In this document: positions 46,225-53,334 of the stretch, one piece after another | Layout: the number at the start of each line of letters is the position of its first letter | Position numbering within the stretch: position 1 is the stretch's first letter | Source of the DNA: Ruminococcaceae bacterium OttesenSCG-928-D13 | GTDB lineage: Bacteria; Bacillota; Clostridia; Oscillospirales; Ruminococcaceae | Direction of reading: 5' to 3' | Length of the DNA stretch: 64,000 nt | NCBI GenBank assembly: GCA_030266915.1 | Contig: JAJDIZ010000001.1 | Location: 9,793-73,792, forward strand | The notes under the pieces: generated by a model | Seen by the model: the letters and a program-made list of their open reading frames with translations, nothing else | The model's database searches: none | Told to the model about the DNA's origin: nothing | Made by a program: the position numbers and the translations under genes

Positions 46225-46742
46225 TACTGGAAACGCCACGTCTGCTGCTGCGGGAGGTGACCCCGGATGACCGGGACGACCTGGCCCTGATTTTGCAGGA
46301 CGCCGAGACCATGACATACTACGAGCACCTCTTCACCGACGAAGAGGTGCTCGAATGGCTGGACAGGCAGATTGCCCGCTACGCCGCCGGCTTCGGCCTG
46401 TGGGCCGTGGCGCTGAAGGAGGGCGGCGGGATGATCGGCCAGTGCGGCCTGACCTGGCAGGATTGGGACGGCGATAAGGTGCTTGAGGTGGGCTACCTGC
46501 TGAACCGCGCCCACTGGCACCGGGGCTACGCCGCCGAAGCGGCCCGGGCCTGCCGGGATTACGCCTTTCAAAGCTTGGGAGCCGAGACGGTCTATTCCAT
46601 CATCCGGGTGGGGAACATCGCTTCTATAAAGGTGGCACAGCGGAATGGCATGCGCAGGCTTGGCGGGCTGGTGAAGCATTACTACGGCATCGACATGCCC
46701 CACGAGGTGTGGGGCATCACCCGGCGGGAGGCTGGGTTTTAG
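46221..46742 (+). CDS. GNAT family N-acetyltransferase (RimJ/RimL-like)
   Basis: MILETPRLLLREVTPDD... is the classic start of this subfamily, followed by ...NIASIKVAQRNGM. The track ORF 45861.. is an upstream read-through. Confidence 0.8.
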   Translation: MILETPRLLLREVTPDDRDDLALILQDAETMTYYEHLFTDEEVLEWLDRQIARYAAGFGLWAVALKEGGGMIGQCGLTWQDWDGDKVLEVGYLLNRAHWHRGYAAEAARACRDYAFQSLGAETVYSIIRVGNIASIKVAQRNGMRRLGGLVKHYYGIDMPHEVWGITRREAGF

Positions 46743-47233
46743 TTGCCCGCTTCCTTCGCGGCCCGGCGCCGGTGCGTCCTTCGGGAGACGATCCCCGCCA
46801 GCCACTGCAACAGCAGGCCCAGAGCCATGCCGATGAGCACGCCGCCCATGTCGATGAGCACGTCGGTTACTTCGCCGCTGCGCCCGGCCACATGCAGCTG
46901 GTTGAACTCGTCCAGCACCCCGGTGAGCAGCCCCACCAGCAGCGGCCAGCCCAAAAAGGTGAAGGTGCGCGGGGTGTAGGCCCGCAGGGTCAGCATCAGC
47001 CACAGGCCCAGCAGGGCGTACTCGGCCAGATGGCCAAACTTGCGCACCACAAAGTCCGGGAGAGTGAGGCCAATGCCGGCGAGGAACTCGGTTACCGCGG
47101 CGCTGCGGGCGCCGCTGATGGTGCCGGACTGGCCCGAATTGATGAAGATGAAGATGATGCAGGCCACCGAGATACAGGTGAACAGCGCCCGCTTGACGAG
47201 CACCGACCGTGTGCCCGGTTTTGTCTTAGCCAT
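46739..47233 (-). CDS. VanZ family membrane protein
   Basis: 164 aa with 4-5 helices. KFGHLAEYALLG and DEFNQ..V.GRSG..DV.ID are VanZ-like motifs. Confidence 0.7.
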   Translation of the reverse strand: MAKTKPGTRSVLVKRALFTCISVACIIFIFINSGQSGTISGARSAAVTEFLAGIGLTLPDFVVRKFGHLAEYALLGLWLMLTLRAYTPRTFTFLGWPLLVGLLTGVLDEFNQLHVAGRSGEVTDVLIDMGGVLIGMALGLLLQWLAGIVSRRTHRRRAAKEAGN

Positions 47234-47423
47234 AGAACCTCCGTTTGCCTTGCCCGGCGGGGGATGGGTGTAGATCTTTGTGGAAATCTAAATCATTTGC
47301 GTTTTGCGGAGCATGAGCCATAAGTATAGCACAGGATTGCCGCAAAACAACCGATTGCATTAGATACAACGAGGGTGCCGCGCGGATGCTTTCAGCGGAC
47401 GCCAAAGACAGGAGGCTGGAACC

Positions 47424-48494
47424 ATGGAGGATGTCCGGCGGCTGGTTCGCAGCCATCTTACCAAATATCCCGGCATGGAGGTGGACGATTGCCTCAAGCT
47501 GCTCTATCAGGGCGAGCTGGGCGGCGGCCACCTGATAGAGGACGAGGCCGCCTTTGCCGCGCGCCTTTCGGAGGAGCTGGCGACCCCCGGGCTGTTCACC
47601 GCCGCGCCCCCGGTGCCGGAGCCGGTGGGGGAGGGCCTTTGCCGGGTGCACCTGTCGGCCCTTGAAAGCGGGCCGGGTGTGCCGGTGCTTGCCCGGCTGT
47701 GCGCCCTGAGCGCCGCCCGGGCGAAGGGGCAGGGCAGTCCCGAGCGCCTCGCCGAAAAGCTGCGGGCCTTCGCCGCCATGGACGACGGCAGCCTGCCCTG
47801 GCCACAGGACACGGCCCGCCGCCGGGTGGAGGCCTACCTTGCCGAGGGCTGCCCGGCCCTGCACCACAGCGAGCGCTATCGGCGGCTGTACGCCCCCCAT
47901 TACCGCCTGATGGACGCGGGGCAGGCCCTTTTTCTGTCGGTGTTTGCGGCGGTGGACCGGGCCATGGCCCGGCGGCCCCACGTGCTGGTGGGCATCGACG
48001 GGATGTGCGCCTCGGGCAAGAGCACCCTCGCGGACCTGCTGGCCCGGGTGTACGGCTGCGGGGTGGTGCGGGCCGACGATTTCTTTTTGCAGCCCCACCA
48101 GCGCAGCCCCGAGCGGCTGGCCGCCCCGGGCGGGAACATCGACTACGAGCGCCTTGCCCCGGTGGCCCGGCAGGCCGCCGAGGACCGGCCCTTCCGCTAC
48201 CAGACCTACGACTGCGGCGAGGGGCGGCTGGGGGACTGGCGGGATATTCCGGCCGGGCCGCTCACCCTGCTGGAGGGGGCCTACTGCCTGCATCCGCAGG
48301 TGGCCGCCCCCTGCGACCTGCGAGTGTTCCTCTGGCAGGACGCCGACTGCCAGATGGCCCGGCTGCGCCGCCGCAGCCCCGATCTGGCCGAGCGCTTCCG
48401 GCAGGAGTGGATACCGATGGAGAACCGCTATTTTGCGGCCTTTGGCATCCGGGAGGGCTGTGATTTGGTGCTGGACACCACCGGGCTGGGCTGA
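47424..48494 (+). CDS. Two-domain protein: unknown N-terminal domain fused to a uridine-kinase-like P-loop NTPase
   Basis: The C-terminal half has Walker A (GIDGMCASGKSTLA) and uridine/nucleoside kinase-like blocks. I do not recognise the N-terminal ~190 aa. Confidence 0.55.
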   Translation: MEDVRRLVRSHLTKYPGMEVDDCLKLLYQGELGGGHLIEDEAAFAARLSEELATPGLFTAAPPVPEPVGEGLCRVHLSALESGPGVPVLARLCALSAARAKGQGSPERLAEKLRAFAAMDDGSLPWPQDTARRRVEAYLAEGCPALHHSERYRRLYAPHYRLMDAGQALFLSVFAAVDRAMARRPHVLVGIDGMCASGKSTLADLLARVYGCGVVRADDFFLQPHQRSPERLAAPGGNIDYERLAPVARQAAEDRPFRYQTYDCGEGRLGDWRDIPAGPLTLLEGAYCLHPQVAAPCDLRVFLWQDADCQMARLRRRSPDLAERFRQEWIPMENRYFAAFGIREGCDLVLDTTGLG

Positions 48495-48505
48495 TCGTTT
48501 CCGCA

Positions 48506-48592
48506 CCGCTGCGTGCCGTGGCATTCCAGAGCGAACCTAGGGCTAAGGATATGCGAAGCATGTTCGCGGCGGAATGCCACGGCATGCAGCGG
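48506..48592 (+). repeat. Structured palindromic repeat, copy A (forward core orientation)
   Basis: 22-nt arms CCGCTGCGTGCCGTGGCATTCC / GGAATGCCACGGCATGCAGCGG (1 mismatch) flank the core AGAGCGAACCTAGGGCTAAGGATATGCGAAGCATGTTCGCGGC. Confidence 0.9.
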
Positions 48593-48617
48593 CGCCACAT
48601 TATACGCGCACACCACA

Positions 48618-48645
48618 AACCCGCCACCATGGCGGGTTTTTTGTT
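48618..48645 (+). terminator. Rho-independent terminator
   Basis: AACCCGCC-ACCAT-GGCGGGTT followed by TTTTGTTG, 26 nt after repeat copy A. Confidence 0.8.
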
Positions 48646-48777
48646 GCTTTTGTGGGTGATTCGTGGTATTCTTGGTTTTGGCGGGCAGCATGTTACTGTG
48701 GTAAAGTGATGAAGTGATGCTCGTCAAAAATGCGGCATGGAACTTGAGGAATAAAGTGTAGTGGAGGAATGTACGAT

Positions 48778-50352
48778 ATGGCAAAGAGAATAGCGATAGT
48801 GGGCAGCAGCGGCGGCAACCTGTATGCCCAGGGGGGGAACAACCCGGCCGTGCTGCTGGGGGAGATTTTCACCCAGGCTCAGTCCGCAGGCATCGAGGTG
48901 GCCTTTGTGGAGTTCATCGCGGCAAGCGCGTCGATGGACGGCATCTCGCAGGACGCGCAGGCACGGCTGTACACCCTGCAAAACGGCGCGGCCGCCCCGG
49001 GGCAGGCGGCTACCCTGGCCGAGGTGAACCTGCAGGCCGCTGCGGCTGACGCCCAGCTGGCAGCCAGCATAGCCGCCGGGGAGATTGACGGAATGATCAC
49101 CCTCTCAAGCGACCCGAAAAATGTGAACGCCGAGAGCCTGAAAGCCGCCGCCGAAAAGCAGATTCCGGTGGTGGGCACCGGCGGCACCTCGATGTCGGCC
49201 GCGCAGGCCATGGGGGCGCGGGTGGTGAGCGCCTCGGGCACCACCGGCACCACCAGCCGCACCCGCGCCGTGGCCTTCATCGCCGCGCTGGCCGGGGAGT
49301 TCGGGCTGAAATACACCCCGGTGATCGGCAAGACCGGCGGGTCTGTGGCAGTGGGGGGCGGCCCCTGGAAGCGCATCAACTTTCGGGGCATCATGATGGC
49401 CTCCCTGCCCGGGTTTATCGCCATGGCGCTGATTCTTGCCATCAGCAAGATACCGGGCCTCAGCTTCCTCGAGACCGAGGTGTTCAGCACACTGATCTCG
49501 GTGCTGCCGGCCATCCTTGCGGCCATCGCGGCGAAGCAGATCTCTGGCATGGACGAGATGGGCATCGTGGCCGGCATCGTGGCGGGTATTCTCGCCAAGG
49601 ACGGCGGTATCATCGGGGGCCTGGTGGCCGGTATCCTGGCCGGCGTGCTGGTGTATTACATCGCAACCTTCTGCTTTAAGCGCAAGGTGCCAGGCACCAC
49701 GGTATCCATCGTGGCCGGGGGCCTGTCGGGCCTCGCGGCCGGCCTGGTGGGGATGTACCTTGTGGCGCCGGCGGCCCTCTGGCTGGGCGACGGCATCCGC
49801 TGGATCATCGACAGCGCCATTGCCCTGAGCCCGGCCCTTGCCGGCGCGGTGGCGGGCCTGCTGATCTGGCCGGCCATCATCGGCGGGGTGTACCACGCGG
49901 CCATCCTGCCTATTGTGCTGCTGGAGATGGAGACCGTGGGCCACAGCTTCCTTGGCGCCGTGGACATGACCGGTCTTGTGATGGTCTCGGCCGGCATCAC
50001 GCTGGCCAACATCGTGATGCCCCGCACCTCGGGCGACCGTGCCGCCGCCATCCCGGGCTTTTTGATCAACATGGGCTTCGGCACCTTCGTGGAGGCGGCC
50101 TATCCCTACATGTTCTCCTCGAAGCTAGTGTTTGGCGGGGCGCTGCTGGCCTCCACGGTGTCCGGCGCGCTGGTGGGCATCCTTGGGGTGCGCGGCACGG
50201 CCTACGTGCCCAGCTTTTCGGCCCCGCCCATGGCCAACGAGGGCCACGCCTTCCAGTTTGCGCTGTGCATGTTTGTGGCGCTGGCGCTGGCCTTCCTCGT
50301 CACCTTCTTTGCCAATCTGGCCGCCCGCAAAAAGCAGCCGGAGGAACAGTGA
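48778..50352 (+). CDS. Membrane protein with a PTS EIIC-like (fructose/PTS_EIIC_2-type) C-terminal domain and an unrecognised ~190-aa soluble N-terminal domain
   Basis: ATG at 48778 9 nt after GGAGGA. The C-terminal ~330 aa are polytopic with GGVYHAAILPIVLLEME, reminiscent of EIIC. No EIIA, EIIB, HPr or EI gene is nearby. Confidence 0.5.
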   Translation: MAKRIAIVGSSGGNLYAQGGNNPAVLLGEIFTQAQSAGIEVAFVEFIAASASMDGISQDAQARLYTLQNGAAAPGQAATLAEVNLQAAAADAQLAASIAAGEIDGMITLSSDPKNVNAESLKAAAEKQIPVVGTGGTSMSAAQAMGARVVSASGTTGTTSRTRAVAFIAALAGEFGLKYTPVIGKTGGSVAVGGGPWKRINFRGIMMASLPGFIAMALILAISKIPGLSFLETEVFSTLISVLPAILAAIAAKQISGMDEMGIVAGIVAGILAKDGGIIGGLVAGILAGVLVYYIATFCFKRKVPGTTVSIVAGGLSGLAAGLVGMYLVAPAALWLGDGIRWIIDSAIALSPALAGAVAGLLIWPAIIGGVYHAAILPIVLLEMETVGHSFLGAVDMTGLVMVSAGITLANIVMPRTSGDRAAAIPGFLINMGFGTFVEAAYPYMFSSKLVFGGALLASTVSGALVGILGVRGTAYVPSFSAPPMANEGHAFQFALCMFVALALAFLVTFFANLAARKKQPEEQ

Positions 50353-50391
50353 GGCCATTGCCTCGCATCAGATAAAAGGCCCGCCATCCGT

Positions 50392-51081
50392 TCACAGGGT
50401 GGCGGGTCCTTCTTTGGGTGGGCTGTAGTCCTTCGGTGGATCTGTCTCGTGGTAGATGCGCACCGACAGGGCGGCCGAGGCCGCGTTTGCCAGCAGCAGT
50501 GCCCCGAGGCAGCCGGCCAGCACCGGCAGGGTGTCCACGGACGGGAAGATCCCGGTGAACAGGGCGGGCAAATCCAGAAACAGGGCGATCAATATCAGGG
50601 GAACCAGGCACATCAGAATGGCGGTGAACCGCGCCCGTGCCCGGGTGCCAAAGCCATAGAGAACCGGGCCGAACACCGCGCTGACCACCAGCGGAATCAC
50701 CAGCCCATACCCGGTGGTGAGGAGTGTGCGGTGCAGGTTTATCCCGGCGCCGGTGGCAAGGCCGGTCAGCATCTCAAGCCCGAAGGCGAGCGCCGCCACG
50801 CAGATCAGCAGGGCAAGGTAGACCAGGTGGCGCGCGCCGACGATTGCGCTGCGCCGCACCGGCAGGGCCAGCGTATGGTTTTTCCAGCCGCAGCGGTCAT
50901 CGCTCTCCTGCTGCCCGCAAAACACCCGGAAGGTGTAGACCAGCAGCATCGACGCCCCGAAGGAAAGGCGCCCCGGGCCCATCAGCAGCGCCTGCAGGAA
51001 CAACAGGGCTGCCAGGGCGGGAAACTCCCAAAGGCACCGCCGGACGGTGTAGAACTCTTTCAGCAGCAGGCCCCTCATCAC
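50392..51081 (-). CDS. ABC-2 type transporter permease
   Basis: It starts LLKEFY like its upstream paralog, has 6 helices, and lies downstream of the ATPase in a GntR-controlled operon. Confidence 0.65.
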   Translation of the reverse strand: MMRGLLLKEFYTVRRCLWEFPALAALLFLQALLMGPGRLSFGASMLLVYTFRVFCGQQESDDRCGWKNHTLALPVRRSAIVGARHLVYLALLICVAALAFGLEMLTGLATGAGINLHRTLLTTGYGLVIPLVVSAVFGPVLYGFGTRARARFTAILMCLVPLILIALFLDLPALFTGIFPSVDTLPVLAGCLGALLLANAASAALSVRIYHETDPPKDYSPPKEGPATL

Positions 51082-51099
51082 TATCCCTCCCGCCGCTTT

Positions 51100-51738
51100 T
51101 TAATATTCCCGGGTTTCATAGATGCGGGCAGAGAGGAACATCGACCCAATATACATGGCTACCGCCACCACCCCGGCCACCGCCGCCAGCAAGGGGATGT
51201 TCAGGCCGGAGAAGCGCTCCAGCAGCGCGGTCAGCTGCTTGGAAAACAGCACCGCGCCCAGGACGGGTATCATAGCCACGATCATGATGGCGTAGCGGGC
51301 CTTTTCCGCCCCCAGCTTGTACACGATTGGAGCGATGATGGAGTTGACGATTAAAAACAGCATCGTGCCGACACCGAGGATACCCAAGTTTTCCGGCAGC
51401 CAGCCCTCGGTGCCCCGCACCAGCGCCACAATGGCGGTGAGGCCGAAGGTGAAAGCCATGGTGGCCACCAGCAATAGCAGCAGGAACAGGTACCGCGCCC
51501 CCACAATGGTCACCCGCTTTACCGGTAGGCAGAGGGAGAAGGGCGCCCAGGTGGATTTTTCGTCGATGGAATACTGGCTGATGGAGATGACCAACAGGTA
51601 CATCATCATCATCATCGAGACGTAGGTGGTGCCCAGTTCGGTGAATACGCTGAAAAATATGATAATAACCAGCATGATGGCGAAGTTTTTAAGATAGGCC
51701 CCAGCGGAATAGAACTCTTTCAGCAATAATCCCTTCAT
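51100..51738 (-). CDS. ABC-2 type transporter permease
   Basis: Starts MKGLLLKEFY and has 6 helices. It is a paralog of 50392..51081. Confidence 0.65.
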   Translation of the reverse strand: MKGLLLKEFYSAGAYLKNFAIMLVIIIFFSVFTELGTTYVSMMMMMYLLVISISQYSIDEKSTWAPFSLCLPVKRVTIVGARYLFLLLLLVATMAFTFGLTAIVALVRGTEGWLPENLGILGVGTMLFLIVNSIIAPIVYKLGAEKARYAIMIVAMIPVLGAVLFSKQLTALLERFSGLNIPLLAAVAGVVAVAMYIGSMFLSARIYETREY

Positions 51739-51740
51739 GG

Positions 51741-52601
51741 TTACACCCCCTTGATGGTCAGCAGCATGATGTCATCCACGGTGGCCTTGTCCACCACCAT
51801 ATTTTCGGCGGGGCGGAAGTCCTGCCGGTTGTCGATCAGCGCTTCGATGCCGTAGCCGGTGTCCCGCATGCCCTTCACATGGGCCTTGTCCACCGTCTCC
51901 CAGGTGGCGCGGTCGCAGCGCAGCATCCCGTAGTTGGCCAGCAGCAGGTCCTTCTCGGCGTTCAGCACGATTCTGCCTTGGTGGATGAACACCAGGTAGT
52001 CGGCCGCCTTCTCAATGTCGCTGGTGATGTGGCTGGAGAACAGGATGCTGTTGCCCTCGTCCCCGATGAACTCGAGGAATATGTCCAGAATCTCGTCCCG
52101 CACCACCGGGTCCAGCCCGCTGGTGGCCTCGTCCAGCACCAGCAGCTTCGGGTGGTGGGCCAGGGCGGCGGCCAGGCTCAGCTTCATCTTCATGCCCCGG
52201 GAGAAGGTTTTCAGGGTGCCCTTGCGCACCTTTTCGCTCAGGCCAAAGCGGCCCAGCATCTGGAAGAAATAGGCGCTGTCCCAGTTTTTGTAGATGTTGC
52301 CGAGGATCTTATCTATCTGGGGGGCGCGCAGCCAGTCGTGGAAGCTGATCTCGTCGAACACAACCCCCACGTCCTGGCGGGCGGCGGGGCCGTCGGTGAT
52401 GTTGTCCCGCCCCATCAGGGTGATGGTGCCGGCGTCCCGGCGGGCCACGTCCAGAATGGCCTTGATGGTGGTGGTTTTGCCGGCGCCGTTCTCGCCCACA
52501 AAGCCCACAATGCTGCCGGCCGGCACGTTGAAGCTGACGTTGTCCAGCTTGAAGTTGGGATACTGCTTGCACAGGCCCTTGATCTCGATGTTGTTTGTCA
52601 T
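51741..52601 (-). CDS. ABC transporter ATP-binding protein
   Basis: Walker A GENGAGKTT, signature FSRGMKMKL, Walker B LLVLDEATSGLD. Confidence 0.85.
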   Translation of the reverse strand: MTNNIEIKGLCKQYPNFKLDNVSFNVPAGSIVGFVGENGAGKTTTIKAILDVARRDAGTITLMGRDNITDGPAARQDVGVVFDEISFHDWLRAPQIDKILGNIYKNWDSAYFFQMLGRFGLSEKVRKGTLKTFSRGMKMKLSLAAALAHHPKLLVLDEATSGLDPVVRDEILDIFLEFIGDEGNSILFSSHITSDIEKAADYLVFIHQGRIVLNAEKDLLLANYGMLRCDRATWETVDKAHVKGMRDTGYGIEALIDNRQDFRPAENMVVDKATVDDIMLLTIKGV

Positions 52602-52604
52602 TCC

Positions 52605-52982
52605 TCAGCCCTCGCTTTGGTAAAGTAAAGCCAGCAGCTCGGCCAGCTCATCTTGGGTGATGCCGGACGTTTTTGCCACGTCCACGGCTTTTGCCAGGTG
52701 GCCTTCTGCCACCCGCAGGCGTTCCTCCCGGAGGAATTCCGGGTTTTTGCTGGCCACAAAGCTGCCCTTGCCCGGGATGGTCTCGATGAAACCGTCCCGC
52801 TCCAGGTCTTCGTAGGCGCGCTTGGTGGTGATGACGCTGATGCGCAGGTCCCGGGCCAGCGCCCGGATGCTGGGCAGCGCGTCGCCGGATGCGAGCTGGC
52901 CGCCCAGGATCTGGCTTTTCACCTGCGCGGTGATCTGCTCATAGATGGGCCGGCCGTCGCTGTTGCTGATCAGGATATTCAT
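52605..52982 (-). CDS. GntR family transcriptional regulator (YtrA subfamily)
   Basis: ATG at 52982. The 125-aa protein has PIYEQI...LPSIRALARDLRISVITTKRAYEDLE, and its short C-terminus is typical of YtrA-type regulators of ABC exporters. Confidence 0.85.
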   Translation of the reverse strand: MNILISNSDGRPIYEQITAQVKSQILGGQLASGDALPSIRALARDLRISVITTKRAYEDLERDGFIETIPGKGSFVASKNPEFLREERLRVAEGHLAKAVDVAKTSGITQDELAELLALLYQSEG

Positions 52983-53011
52983 GAGGGCCTCACTGTCAAA
53001 GAGTCGAATAT

Positions 53012-53060
53012 CGTATATATACGCTATGTACAGTATATACACAGTATGCACAGCTGTCAA
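53012..53060 (-). promoter_or_regulatory. GntR-operon promoter with palindromic operator candidates
   Basis: On the minus strand: TTGACA (53060-55), 17 nt, TATACT (53037-32). The palindromes are CGTATATATACG (53012-23) and GTATATAC (53033-40). Confidence 0.55.
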
Positions 53061-53215
53061 TCCCTTTTTTTGAAAAAAGAGGGCATACCCCAAAATATGC
53101 AAAGATATGCCAAGGCAAACCCTGTAAACTGGCAATGGGAAGGCTTATGATAAGGGTGAAAAGCCCTATGCTTCTGGCGGGTATGTTGTGCAGGGTGGCG
53201 GAAGTTAGGCCAGCC

Positions 53216-53298
53216 GGGCAGGCAGCCAGTGTTCAGGAGCGCGGCTAGGGCTTAGGATATGCAGCGCATCCGCGTGGATGAATACTGGCTGACTGCCC
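53216..53298 (+). repeat. Structured palindromic repeat, copy D (forward core orientation)
   Basis: 20-nt arms GGGCAGGCAGCCAGTGTTCA / TGAATACTGGCTGACTGCCC (18/20 paired) flank the core GGAGCGCGGCTAGGGCTTAGGATATGCAGCGCATCCGCGTGGA. Confidence 0.9.
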
Positions 53299-53334
53299 GG
53301 CGGCGCTCCACCATTCTAAAATGAGGTGACTGCG

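Noticed and set aside
48518-48709. Small ORFs overlapping the repeats (48518..48709 +, 57321..57587 +, 62660..62878 -, part of 48428..48784 -) that share the peptide HILSPRFA(L/P)E
   Set aside because: The shared peptide is simply the translation of the conserved repeat core (CTAGGGCTAAGGATATGC read on the reverse strand). The frames and flanks differ, no RBS is present, and the repeat occurs in both orientations. These are phantom ORFs.
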